A DNA stretch of 64,000 bases, from positions 17,103-81,102 of IMG/VR virus record IMGVR_UViG_2933814219_000003; one strand, given 5' to 3'. The translations under genes were made by a program, and so were the position numbers. The notes under the pieces were generated by a model, which saw nothing but the letters and a program-made list of their open reading frames with translations, did not search any database and was not told the origin of the DNA. This document shows, one piece after another, positions 45,305 to 53,814 of the stretch (position 1 is its first letter; each line of letters starts with the position of its first letter). This DNA comes from a virus (Duplodnaviria > Caudoviricetes).

Positions 45305-45418
45305 TCACAGGTCGTCGAGGTCGGTGAGCGCATCCGGCGGGAGACGCCGCGGAAGCAGGTCATCGAGATCAGCCAGGGCGTCCGGCGGGATCCGCGGAGG
45401 CCGGTCGTCGGCGGTCAC
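45305..45418 (-). CDS. 37-aa peptide with tandem PPDAL.DLDDL repeat
   Basis: MTADDRPPRIPPDALADLDDLLPRRLPPDALTDLDDL; GTGA-coupled to the PAPS reductase stop. Confidence 0.5.
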   Translation of the reverse strand: MTADDRPPRIPPDALADLDDLLPRRLPPDALTDLDDL

Positions 45419-46506
45419 GCGGCGGGCCTGGTGAACGCGGCATGCTGCTCCGGGGTGATCAGCCCGGTGTCACGCCACTGGTCGATCAGATCGTCCTGGC
45501 CCGGGATCTCCACGCACGAGGAGCAGAGGCGACCAGCGGGCGCCGCGGCATCAGGGCCGCCGTTCTTCTGGCCCCACCGGCAGTACTTCACCCCAGCCTG
45601 CTCCGCCTCAGCCTCCAGCGCCTTCAAGCGGGCGGCGACCTCCGGGTAGAAGAACTCGATCTCGTCGAGCTCACCCGGCTTCGCGTAAGCCCCGCACAGG
45701 CACTCACCGGACATGTGGATGTGCTCGGTGACCTCGTTCAGCGGCAACGCCCCGTCGAAGCACAGGCGGTGCTCGGCGTGCTCGTGATCCTGCTGGCAGC
45801 GATGCCTGGCCCGGTACTCCCGCATGTGAGCGTCGGTCCAGTGGACCAGCGGCGACACCCACACGATGCTGCCGTCCGGGTCGATCGCCTCGGCGTTCCG
45901 GAACCGCTTCTCCGACTCACCCCACCGCATTCCGCCCAGGTAGACGATCTTCTTCCGGTCGGCGCGCGGCAGCCGCGTCTGGTCACCCAGGGTTTCCCGG
46001 CGGAACCGCATCAGCGGCTCGTTCTTCAACTGCCGGTACATCACCTTGTGGCCAGCCGGCCCGGGGAACCCCTTCCAGATCGGGCGCCACCCGGCGTTCG
46101 GCCCCGAACCGGCGATGACCTTCCCGAGGACGAGATCCTCGTACCGGTTCTTCGGGTGCAGCTCGTGCAGGGTGTCGCCCCAAGCGGCAGCAACATCCGT
46201 CACGTACTGGGTGGTTGCGGGGATGCCGGTGCCCGTGTTCACGTGCAGCACCGCGTCGTACCGGTCACGCAGCAGGTGCCCGACGATCGCCGAATCGTTC
46301 CCCCCGGACGAGAGCCAGTACGTGCCGACGATGGGGTGGGTGGCGAGCGCCTCGGTGAGGATCTCGTGCGAGCGGGCGATCGCCTCATCAAGGGTCCGAG
46401 CCACGTGCTCGCCCTCCTCAGCCTTTGGCGGGGCCTTCGGGAGCAGGTCCGGCATTCCGGGGAACATGTCCTCGGCGTTGGCGGTCCGGCGGTTACGGGA
46501 ACTCAT
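45415..46506 (-). CDS. PAPS reductase (PP-loop) family protein
   Basis: SSGGNDS PP-loop, VNTG, GMRWGES..R, SPLVHW, SGECLC. Confidence 0.85.
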   Translation of the reverse strand: MSSRNRRTANAEDMFPGMPDLLPKAPPKAEEGEHVARTLDEAIARSHEILTEALATHPIVGTYWLSSGGNDSAIVGHLLRDRYDAVLHVNTGTGIPATTQYVTDVAAAWGDTLHELHPKNRYEDLVLGKVIAGSGPNAGWRPIWKGFPGPAGHKVMYRQLKNEPLMRFRRETLGDQTRLPRADRKKIVYLGGMRWGESEKRFRNAEAIDPDGSIVWVSPLVHWTDAHMREYRARHRCQQDHEHAEHRLCFDGALPLNEVTEHIHMSGECLCGAYAKPGELDEIEFFYPEVAARLKALEAEAEQAGVKYCRWGQKNGGPDAAAPAGRLCSSCVEIPGQDDLIDQWRDTGLITPEQHAAFTRPAA

Positions 46507-46743
46507 CGGGGTCACTCCTTTCGGGTCGATGGGTGATGAGATTTGAGCGGTTTGGTCGGCTTTCTGGGCTTCTTTACGGTCGGGCGGCCCACTGGGCGCC
46601 TCGCTGGCGTTCTCCGCCCCGGCGGGGCTCCGGGGCACTGGACGACTGTTCGGCCGCGAGAGGCCCCGTTCTGTCCCGCGACGGGGCCTCGCGCCCGCAC
46701 CCCACCCCAAGACCGGTCCCCCTGTCGGGGTTCAACGTGCGCA

Positions 46744-47124
46744 TCAGGCGGCCTCCCCGTAGGCCCGCAGGTCCCGGTTCGTCGACCACGTCACACCGCA
46801 GGAGGGGCAGCAGTACAGGTGGCTGACCTGGGTCTCACCGCGGTACTCGGCGGCCTGCTGGACGTGCTGCCGCGGGCAGTTGGGGCAGTTGTCGACCAGT
46901 GCCCGGTACTGGGCGGGGAAGTCGGTGTCGCAGTAGAAGCTGATCGTCTGGATCAGCCCCTGTTCCTCGACGACCTTCCAGACGACGGTGCCGGTGCAGG
47001 CCGGCTCGCCGTTGAGGCCGCGGTGGTAGTTGGGGGTGCAGTCCGCAAGGTCGCTGTAGTCGGGTGCCACCCAGCCGTCGGCGCGGTAGTGGACGTTGAC
47101 GGTGGGCTTGCGGCGGGGGCTCAT
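46744..47124 (-). CDS. Hypothetical zinc-binding protein
   Basis: CPNC..CPSC. Confidence 0.6.
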   Translation of the reverse strand: MSPRRKPTVNVHYRADGWVAPDYSDLADCTPNYHRGLNGEPACTGTVVWKVVEEQGLIQTISFYCDTDFPAQYRALVDNCPNCPRQHVQQAAEYRGETQVSHLYCCPSCGVTWSTNRDLRAYGEAA

Positions 47125-47360
47125 GTGCTGGTCCTTTCTGGCGGCTGGCAGTCGGTGCAGGGCTTCGGGGTGGGGCCGGTTGGGGCGGTGCCGCAGGGCC
47201 AGGCGCCGGGGCGGCGGATGTGGAAGCAGGGCTGTTCGGGTTCGGCTTGGCGCTGCTTGGGTGCGGTGGGGGTGATGCCTGCGGCGAGGAGTAACAGGGC
47301 TTTGAGGTCGCCTTGTTCGCGGGCGGCGACGATGTCGTCGACGGTCGGCTCCCACGTCAC
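47121..47360 (-). CDS. Small phage protein after dnaB
   Basis: DI.A.REQGDLK..RPGAWP motif; coupled at both ends. Confidence 0.65.
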   Translation of the reverse strand: MTWEPTVDDIVAAREQGDLKALLLLAAGITPTAPKQRQAEPEQPCFHIRRPGAWPCGTAPTGPTPKPCTDCQPPERTST

Positions 47361-48730
47361 GTCTGGGCCATGTCTACGAAGCGGGCGTAGTGGCCCTGGA
47401 ACGCGGTGGTGATCGTCGCGGTGGGTCCCCCGCGGTGCTTCCCGACGATCAGGTCGGCTTCGCCGGCCCGCGGGGATTCCTTCTCGTAGGCGTCTTCGCG
47501 GTGGAGGAGGATCACGATGTCGGCGTCCTGCTCGATCGCCCCGGACTCCCGCAGGTCCGACACCATGGGCTTCTTCTCGTTGCGCTGCTCCGGCCCGCGG
47601 TTGAGCTGGGCGAGGACGACAACGGTGACCTGGAATTCCTTCGCGAGGAGCTTCAGTTGCCGGGACATCTCGGAGACGGCGACCTGACGGGACTCGGCCC
47701 GGGGTGCCTGCATCAGCTGGAGGTAGTCGACGACGACGAGCCGGAGCCCTTCGGTGCGAACGAGGTTGCGGACCCGGCCGCGGAGGGTGGCCATGGACAG
47801 GTTCGCTTCGTCGCTGATGTGGAGCGGGGCGGCTTTGATAGCGGGGGCCCGGGTGGCCATGCGGCGGGTGCCGTTAGTGTCGTCGCCGACGATGCCCTGC
47901 TTGATGTGGTGGAGGGCGACTCGGGCTTCGGCGGAGACGATGCTGATGCCGAGCTCTTTGTTGCCCATTTCGAGGGATTCGAACAGGGTCGGGATGTTGT
48001 GGGTGATCGCGGCGGCCCTGGCGATGCCGAGGCCGAACGTGGTTTTGCCCATGGCGGGGCGGGCGCCGACGACGACCATCTGGCCGGGAGCCCATCCGCC
48101 GCAGAGGAGTTCGTCGAGGTCGATGAACCCGGTGGGGATCTTGTCGTCGTTGGTGGGCGGTGTGGTGGCCCGTTCGAAGACGCCGGCGAGGAGGTCGCCG
48201 ACGAGGGTCGTTTCGGTGCCGGTGGTGGCGCGGATGACGCCGTCGAGTTCTGCCTGTGCGGCGGCGACGTCCTGGTCGGGGTCGAAGGCCGGGGAGTTGC
48301 CGCGGAGGATGGAGGCGTGGCCGTGGGCGACCATGCGGGCGGCTACGGCCTGCTTGGTGATGCGGTCGGCAAAGTAGCCCTCGGATCCGGGCTGGGCGTG
48401 GTTGTACAGGTCGCGAAGCTGGTCTTCGGTGAACGGAATGCCGAGGATGCGGCCGTCGGCGCGCCACGCTTGGAGCTGGCGGGCGACGGGGATGTAGCGG
48501 ATCTCGCCGGCCTGGAAGGTGGTGGCGAGTTCTTCGACGGCGAACCACACCCACCGGTAGCGGTCGTCGACGATGTCGGCGGGGTCGAAGCCGGTGGCGG
48601 CGAGTTCGTCGACGGTGGTGGGCCGTGCCATGGCAGTGGCGACGAGGATCTTCTCGGCTTCGAAGTCGGCGGGGGTGCTGGGCAGGGTGGTCGGGTCGTC
48701 GACGGAGGCGTCCCAGATGTCGGTGGTCAT
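47357..48730 (-). CDS. dnaB: Replicative DNA helicase DnaB
   Basis: GARPAMGKT, VVVDYLQL, AQLNR, SDLRESGAIEQDAD, KHRGGP. Confidence 0.95.
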   Translation of the reverse strand: MTTDIWDASVDDPTTLPSTPADFEAEKILVATAMARPTTVDELAATGFDPADIVDDRYRWVWFAVEELATTFQAGEIRYIPVARQLQAWRADGRILGIPFTEDQLRDLYNHAQPGSEGYFADRITKQAVAARMVAHGHASILRGNSPAFDPDQDVAAAQAELDGVIRATTGTETTLVGDLLAGVFERATTPPTNDDKIPTGFIDLDELLCGGWAPGQMVVVGARPAMGKTTFGLGIARAAAITHNIPTLFESLEMGNKELGISIVSAEARVALHHIKQGIVGDDTNGTRRMATRAPAIKAAPLHISDEANLSMATLRGRVRNLVRTEGLRLVVVDYLQLMQAPRAESRQVAVSEMSRQLKLLAKEFQVTVVVLAQLNRGPEQRNEKKPMVSDLRESGAIEQDADIVILLHREDAYEKESPRAGEADLIVGKHRGGPTATITTAFQGHYARFVDMAQT

Positions 48731-48921
48731 GCGCTGGTCTCCTTGGTGGTGCAGGTGCGGCAGACGTCCTGGACGCCGCCGTCTACGGGGGTGAGCTGGT
48801 CGCGGGTGCAGTACTCGAAGCACAGGCAGCACATGACGCGGCCGTCAGTGAGGCGGTCGAGGCGAACCCAGACGCCGCCGTCGGCGAGGGGAACGGTCAG
48901 GAAGTCGGTGGGCTCGCTCAT
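48727..48921 (-). CDS. Small zinc-finger protein
   Basis: CCLC..CRTC; ATGA couplings. Confidence 0.6.
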   Translation of the reverse strand: MSEPTDFLTVPLADGGVWVRLDRLTDGRVMCCLCFEYCTRDQLTPVDGGVQDVCRTCTTKETSA

Positions 48922-49544
48922 GCGGCTTCACCGCCCTGCCGCCGGTCGGCGCCGGCAAGGCGCACCACGCCGCCCCGGAAAATCTCGGCTGCCCGGGAGG
49001 TGACCCGCTCCCCCACGATGTGGCTGATCTGGCTGGGCTTCACATCGCTGGTGATCAGGATCGGAAGCCGGTTGATGTACCGCTCGTCGAAAATTTCGTA
49101 GAGCCGTTCCTGGGTCCACCCGGTCGGGGAGACCCGGGCGGCGGCCACGTCGTCGATGTACAGCAGGTCCGCGGTCTGGAGCTGCTTCATGAGCCGCTTG
49201 GGGCTGCCCCCGTTGTCGTCGGGCCGCAGGGCGTCGAACAGGGCGGTGGACCGCCACGTCTGGACGACGGGGGTGCCGCGGTAGTTGCCGGCGAACCGCT
49301 GGCCGACCCAGCGGCGGGTGGCCTGCCACGCGTTGTGGGTCTTCCCGACACCCAACGGCCCCCACAGGAACAGGCTGGTGGGTGCCTCCTCGTCCTGGTC
49401 GGCCCACTGGGCGACTTGGTCGTTGAGGTAGATGCGGCGGCGGTACAGGAGCGGGATCTGGTCGTCGAACGCGGCGAGGGCCTGGGTGCGGCGTTCGTTG
49501 AGCCAGGAGCCCATGGAGGTCTCGTCACCCGAACTTGCTGTCAT
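48918..49544 (-). CDS. DnaC/IstB-like AAA+ helicase loader
   Basis: GPLGVGKT, LLYIDD, RY....P.LITS, GER..SR. Confidence 0.88.
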   Translation of the reverse strand: MTASSGDETSMGSWLNERRTQALAAFDDQIPLLYRRRIYLNDQVAQWADQDEEAPTSLFLWGPLGVGKTHNAWQATRRWVGQRFAGNYRGTPVVQTWRSTALFDALRPDDNGGSPKRLMKQLQTADLLYIDDVAAARVSPTGWTQERLYEIFDERYINRLPILITSDVKPSQISHIVGERVTSRAAEIFRGGVVRLAGADRRQGGEAA

Positions 49545-50610
49545 TGGCGATCTCTTCCTCGGTGGAGTTGCGGGGGGCGGTCTGCGGCCCGGACTGGGCT
49601 CGGCCGCGCTGGGCCTGAAGGCGCAAGGTGTCGTACTGCTTGCGGAGCTTCGGCATGGACTGGATGTTCGCCATCCAGAAGTCGTTGGCCTGAGACCAGC
49701 GGATCGCGCCGAGAACGTCATCGAGGGCGATGCCGTCCTTGTCGATCAGGAGGCGGGCGGCGTCACGCCACTCCTTGGTGACGGTCGGACGGCGGCAGCC
49801 GTTGGCTTCCATGAGCTCGGCGAGCAGCGAGCAGGCCTGCTCGACGTCGGGCCGAATCTGGGTGATCGTCGCCCCGGCCGGCTCTGCCGTGCCGGAGACC
49901 TCGGCCTCGTTCTCCGAGTCGTCTTCGGGGGCGGCCTCGGCCGGGAACGTGTTTCTTTTCCCTTCCCTGTTCCTTTCCTTTCCTTTCCTTTCCTGGCGTG
50001 AGTCCTCAGTGAGTTGTGCGTGAGCGCTCAGGGAGGGGGTGCCCTCGTCCACGTCGTCCCAGCTCAGACCCCCTTCGTCGCTGTCCGGCGCACCCTTGGT
50101 GGAGGCGTTTCCGGCGTCGTGCTCGGCGGCGGCTTCGGAGGGTCCGGAATCGCTGGGATCTGAGCCTTCGCACGCTGCCGGACGAGATCCGTTGGAGCCC
50201 TCACTGCTTCCTCCGTGAGAACTCCGCGAGTCCCTGGAATCCCTGCTCGGAGCAGGGCTGGGGGGCGTCGGATCTCCGTCCTCGGGGGCGGGCAGCTTGC
50301 TCGCAGTCGGCCGGTTGATCCGCTGGTGCTCGAACCAGTTGGTGATGGCCAGGTACCGCTTGCGATTGAGGGTGTAGCGAAGGATCAGTGAGGACTCACT
50401 GAGCGCCTTCAGGTCGATCTCGATGTCGACCGAGTTGCGGTCGTCGAGCGGCCAGACCGCGGCCTTGATGAGCCGCGGGTCGTCAACGCAGCGGCCCTCG
50501 TCGTCGACGTGCGTCCACAGCCCGATGAACGTCAGCCGCTGTTCCGGCGTCAGGTCAGCGATCGTCAGCGACGTGAAGAAGTCGGGTTTGATCGTGCGGA
50601 TCCGGGCCAT
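49525..50610 (-). CDS. Phage replication initiator protein
   Basis: MARIRTIKPDFF..DDEGR..HQRINRP; C-terminal FWMANIQSMPKLRKQYD. Confidence 0.88.
   Translation of the reverse strand: MARIRTIKPDFFTSLTIADLTPEQRLTFIGLWTHVDDEGRCVDDPRLIKAAVWPLDDRNSVDIEIDLKALSESSLILRYTLNRKRYLAITNWFEHQRINRPTASKLPAPEDGDPTPPSPAPSRDSRDSRSSHGGSSEGSNGSRPAACEGSDPSDSGPSEAAAEHDAGNASTKGAPDSDEGGLSWDDVDEGTPSLSAHAQLTEDSRQERKGKERNREGKRNTFPAEAAPEDDSENEAEVSGTAEPAGATITQIRPDVEQACSLLAELMEANGCRRPTVTKEWRDAARLLIDKDGIALDDVLGAIRWSQANDFWMANIQSMPKLRKQYDTLRLQAQRGRAQSGPQTAPRNSTEEEIANDSKFG
49950..50401. repeat. Putative phage origin inside the initiator gene
   Basis: (TTTCC)n tract 49970-49994; TGAGNNCTCA palindromes at 49999, 50021 and 50389. 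Confidence 0.55.
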
Positions 50611-50702
50611 GGAAATCTTCTTTCGAGCAGAGCGGATAGGTCGGGCGGCTGCGGTGTGGGGCCCGCGGTCGGGTCAGGTGGGGGCGGGGTCCGGGCGGGC
50701 GG

Positions 50703-51368
50703 TCACGCGGCGTCGCCGGGCGTCACGACGTGCCGGTTGGCGGGCTTGTGGCCGGCGGGGAGGATGCAGCCGGCGCCGTGGCCCTGGTCTTCGCCGTAGG
50801 GGCAGACACCGTTGGCGAAGGCGTTGGGCTTGCCGGCGGCCCGAGTTCGGCCGGCGTCGGTGATGGTGATGCGCTGCCCGCCGGCGAAGCTGTGGGTGAT
50901 TTCGGCGTAGCCGGCGTCCACGATGGCCAGGTAGGTGTTTGCGCGGGCGCTGAATCCGTCGTGGGATCCGAGGCGCCACACGCCGCGCGGCCGGCCGGAG
51001 TGGATGAGGACCGGGTCGGTGTGCTCGGCGAGGGCGCGCAGCAGCTTGAGTGCCGCCGGAGACTCGGGGTTGGCCGGCTTCTTCTTGCGCTTGGGCTTGG
51101 CTGCAGCGTCGAGGTGGGCGAGGAGTCGCCGGCCGGCTTCGGTGATGCGCACCGGGGCGGTGTCGTTGCCGTCGTCCGTGACGAGGTCGCGGGCGGTGAG
51201 CGGGTAGAAGGTGCGGGCGTTGTAGGCGGAGAGAGTGTTGGGGTGGGTGTAGCGGGCTCGGGCGGCGTACTGGAACTGGACGCCGGCGCCGGTGTCGTAC
51301 TTCGCGATTTCGCGGAGCAGCTTTTCGGAGGCCGGCGGGAGGGGCTGCGGGCGTGTGGGCTGTGCCAT
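50703..51368 (-). CDS. Hypothetical protein with two wHTH-like repeats
   Basis: KLLR...ITEAGR repeated twice; C-terminal C..PAGH..H module; GAGGA RBS. Confidence 0.65.
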   Translation of the reverse strand: MAQPTRPQPLPPASEKLLREIAKYDTGAGVQFQYAARARYTHPNTLSAYNARTFYPLTARDLVTDDGNDTAPVRITEAGRRLLAHLDAAAKPKRKKKPANPESPAALKLLRALAEHTDPVLIHSGRPRGVWRLGSHDGFSARANTYLAIVDAGYAEITHSFAGGQRITITDAGRTRAAGKPNAFANGVCPYGEDQGHGAGCILPAGHKPANRHVVTPGDAA

Positions 51369-51466
51369 CGGAGTCCTCGTCTCGACGAAGGCGGTCATGG
51401 GGGCCGAGTGGGCGCACGGAACCAGGCCCATGAGGGCCGGGTGGTTCTCGGCGTGAGCCCCTTCGG

Positions 51467-51509
51467 CTTCATGTACATAATAGCGCTCAACGCGCTGATG
51501 TACATGAAG
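51467..51509. promoter_or_regulatory. Divergent promoter with 12-bp inverted repeat (ATGTACAT palindromes)
   Basis: CTTCATGTACAT...ATGTACATGAAG; leftward TATTAT; rightward TACAGT 6 nt before ATG 51531. Confidence 0.8.
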
Positions 51510-51530
51510 TCCGTGAGGTACAGTACAGAC

Positions 51531-51806
51531 ATGACCGCGCCCAAGAAGGAGCACCAGGAGAAGATCGCCGACGTGCGCAACGCGCTCGCCGACGCCATCG
51601 AGAAGGCCCGCTACTACGACGAGACGACCGTGCTCACCTCCCGCGGGAAGCGCGTCGCCGTCCTCGTCGGCATGGACTTCTACGAACGCGCCCTGGAAGC
51701 CCTCGGTGAGACGCGGGAACTGGTCGAACCCGAGCCGGAGAAGAAGCGCACCGTGAAGGTCCCGAAGGGCACGCTCGACCGGGCCCGCGGCACCGACTCC
51801 GACTGA
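51531..51806 (+). CDS. Phd/YefM-family antitoxin-like regulator (orphan)
   Basis: IADVRNALADAIEKA....TVLTSRGKRVAVLV..DFYE. Confidence 0.85.
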   Translation: MTAPKKEHQEKIADVRNALADAIEKARYYDETTVLTSRGKRVAVLVGMDFYERALEALGETRELVEPEPEKKRTVKVPKGTLDRARGTDSD

Positions 51807-51826
51807 CGTCACGTCTCCTCCTCCCT

Positions 51827-51847
51827 CCCCCGCCCCGGCGGGGTTTT
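51827..51847 (+). terminator. Intrinsic terminator after the Phd-like gene
   Basis: CCCCGCC-CC-GGCGGGG-TTTT. Confidence 0.7.
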
Positions 51848-51889
51848 GTCGTGCGTGTGGGCGGGCCACGTGTGGTAGCCCGCCCGTTG

Positions 51890-52126
51890 TCATGCGGCGC
51901 GGTTGAGTCGTGCGGTGGCCTGGCGGAGTTCTCGTTCGCCGAGTCCGCCCCACACCCCGTGGCGCTGCCCGGTGGTGAGGGCGTAGGCCAGGCATTCGGG
52001 CTGGACTTCGCAGGCCCGGCAGGTCTTCTTCGCGTCGCGGGCGCTGCCGCCGGCCTCGGGGAAGTGGGCGTCGGGGTAGGTCTGGGCGCAAAGCGCGGCT
52101 TCCTGCCACGACGTGTCGTCGCTCAT
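51890..52126 (-). CDS. WhiB-family Fe-S transcription factor
   Basis: WQ.AALC..FPE.G....AK..C..C.V..EC...GVWGGL..RE. Confidence 0.93.
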   Translation of the reverse strand: MSDDTSWQEAALCAQTYPDAHFPEAGGSARDAKKTCRACEVQPECLAYALTTGQRHGVWGGLGERELRQATARLNRAA

Positions 52127-52839
52127 GCCGCCACCTGCCCGTTGAGGAGGGAAGGCGCCCTGCGCATGGCCTTTGCCTGCTCCCGCTCCTGCTTCCGGTC
52201 GAACGCGGTCTGGCAGGCTCCACACATCGGGATGTCCTGCTCGCGGTGGGCCCTCCAGCCGCGGATCGTGCCGCAGTGCCCCGTCCATTCAGGAGCGGCC
52301 TGCGGGTCATCGATCAGGTCGTCGTCCCATGCGGCCGGAGGTGGCCAGCCCCTCGCGCGGGCGTAGTTCCGGGACCGGGTAGCAGCTTGGGCGGATACGC
52401 CGTGGCGTTCGGGCTGCTTGTTCCATAGCCGGTTGTAGGCGACAGCCATGGCGTGCGCGGTCGTGCTGTAGACCCGGGGGCGCCTCTGGAGTTCGCGCAC
52501 GTATACGGGGTGGAGGTCGAGGATGTTGCCCAGGCGGAGGGCCGGCCACCCGACGGCCATGAGCGCTTGGAGGCGCCGCTGGGTGCCGGTGGCGTCGACG
52601 ACGCCGGTGGTGACCTGGGAGACGTCGACGGCGAGGATGCGTTGGGCGTTCTGGGTGGTGATGCGTTGCGCCTTAGGGCGGTGCACTCGGCCGTAGAGCA
52701 GGTGGTTGACGGTTGAGGTGTTGACGTCGGCTGCTGCTGCGATGCGGGCGTAGCCGACTCCTGCGGCCATAAGTTCGCGAACGTGGCGGGCGACTGGTTC
52801 GGCGTCGGTCAAGGGGCCCTGGGTGCGGGTGGTGGTCAT
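52123..52839 (-). CDS. Phage HTH DNA-binding protein
   Basis: RHVRELMAAG, GTQRRLQAL.A.GW, WPPPAAWDDD motifs. Confidence 0.75.
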   Translation of the reverse strand: MTTTRTQGPLTDAEPVARHVRELMAAGVGYARIAAAADVNTSTVNHLLYGRVHRPKAQRITTQNAQRILAVDVSQVTTGVVDATGTQRRLQALMAVGWPALRLGNILDLHPVYVRELQRRPRVYSTTAHAMAVAYNRLWNKQPERHGVSAQAATRSRNYARARGWPPPAAWDDDLIDDPQAAPEWTGHCGTIRGWRAHREQDIPMCGACQTAFDRKQEREQAKAMRRAPSLLNGQVAA

Positions 52840-53033
52840 CGGCCCTCCTTGCGGGCTCCGTTGGCGGGTGCGTCCCAGATGCGTTCGCAGCGTCTGGCGG
52901 TGCCCAGGTCGGTGCCGGCCCAGTTGTCGGGGGCGGCGGGGATGTTGCGGATGGCGGCGAGCCATTGGTCGGCGGCGGTTTCGCGTGGTGTGCAGAGCTC
53001 GCCGCGCTGACGGTGTTCGCGTCGGGGTTTCAC
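52836..53033 (-). CDS. Small hypothetical protein
   Basis: Coupled at both ends. Confidence 0.5.
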   Translation of the reverse strand: MKPRREHRQRGELCTPRETAADQWLAAIRNIPAAPDNWAGTDLGTARRCERIWDAPANGARKEGR

Positions 53034-53479
53034 GCCGCCCACCGCCTCGTGGGGATCCCGGCCTTAGCGAGCCGGCGAAGGCAGTCCGCGGTGCCGGTGG
53101 ACTCTCCGATCTGGAAGGCGAGGGCGATGAGCGGGCGGCGGTCGACCATGTTCTGGTTGCGGCGGTGTCCGGCGGTCGGGCAGAACTCGGTGCCATCGCG
53201 CCGGGTCTTCCGGTGGCCGGGCGGGCAGGTGTCGGCGCAGGGGCCTTCCCAGTCGGCTTCGACGGGCAGGTGGCCGACACCGTCCTCGAAGTGGGCCTTG
53301 GCCCACTCACCGCACAGGGTGTCGGCGCCGGGTGCGGTGCCTTCCATGACTTCGATGCCGCTGTAGCCGTTCTGCCGGGCGTCGTGCCACACCTCGGTGA
53401 GGGCGGTGTCGATGGTGGTGCGGTCGGTCCAGGCGCGGGAGCCGAGGCCGAGAACAAGGGCCAGGTAGGGGCCGTTCAC
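53030..53479 (-). CDS. SLOG/DUF2493 (YspA-like) protein
   Basis: GSRAW..EG.APGAD..AG.RRNQ.MVD..STGT. Confidence 0.8.
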   Translation of the reverse strand: MNGPYLALVLGLGSRAWTDRTTIDTALTEVWHDARQNGYSGIEVMEGTAPGADTLCGEWAKAHFEDGVGHLPVEADWEGPCADTCPPGHRKTRRDGTEFCPTAGHRRNQNMVDRRPLIALAFQIGESTGTADCLRRLAKAGIPTRRWAA

Positions 53480-53814
53480 GTCGCCGCCTCCCGTCGCGCC
53501 GCCGCGGTGCCCTTCCAGGTGCGGACGCCGCTGTGGTGGGTGGTGGGCCGGTCGGAGCACGCCCAGTTAGCGGTCCGGATGTAGCCCTCGTCGCGAAGCA
53601 GGGTCATGAGCCGACCCCAGTGCGCCTTCCGATTCGGCGGGTCAGGCAGCCTGTTGGCGTGGGCCACCTCGTAGCAGGTGAACGTGCGGCCGGTTGCGGC
53701 GGCGGCTATGAAGGCGGGCCACACCGCGGCCAGCCACGTCTCGTAGTCGGCGGACTGCTGCTGTACCGGGTCGGGGAACGTGCCGTCGAGGAGGGGCTGC
53801 ACGGTGGCGCTCAT
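53476..53814 (-). CDS. Phage hypothetical (wHTH-like) protein
   Basis: LPDPP....HWG.L...EGYI; coupled. Confidence 0.65.
   Translation of the reverse strand: MSATVQPLLDGTFPDPVQQQSADYETWLAAVWPAFIAAAATGRTFTCYEVAHANRLPDPPNRKAHWGRLMTLLRDEGYIRTANWACSDRPTTHHSGVRTWKGTAAARREAAT

Noticed and set aside
50703-52310. 535-aa ORF as a single gene
   Set aside because: It spans WhiB, the Phd gene and a promoter; the plausible start with an RBS is at 51368.
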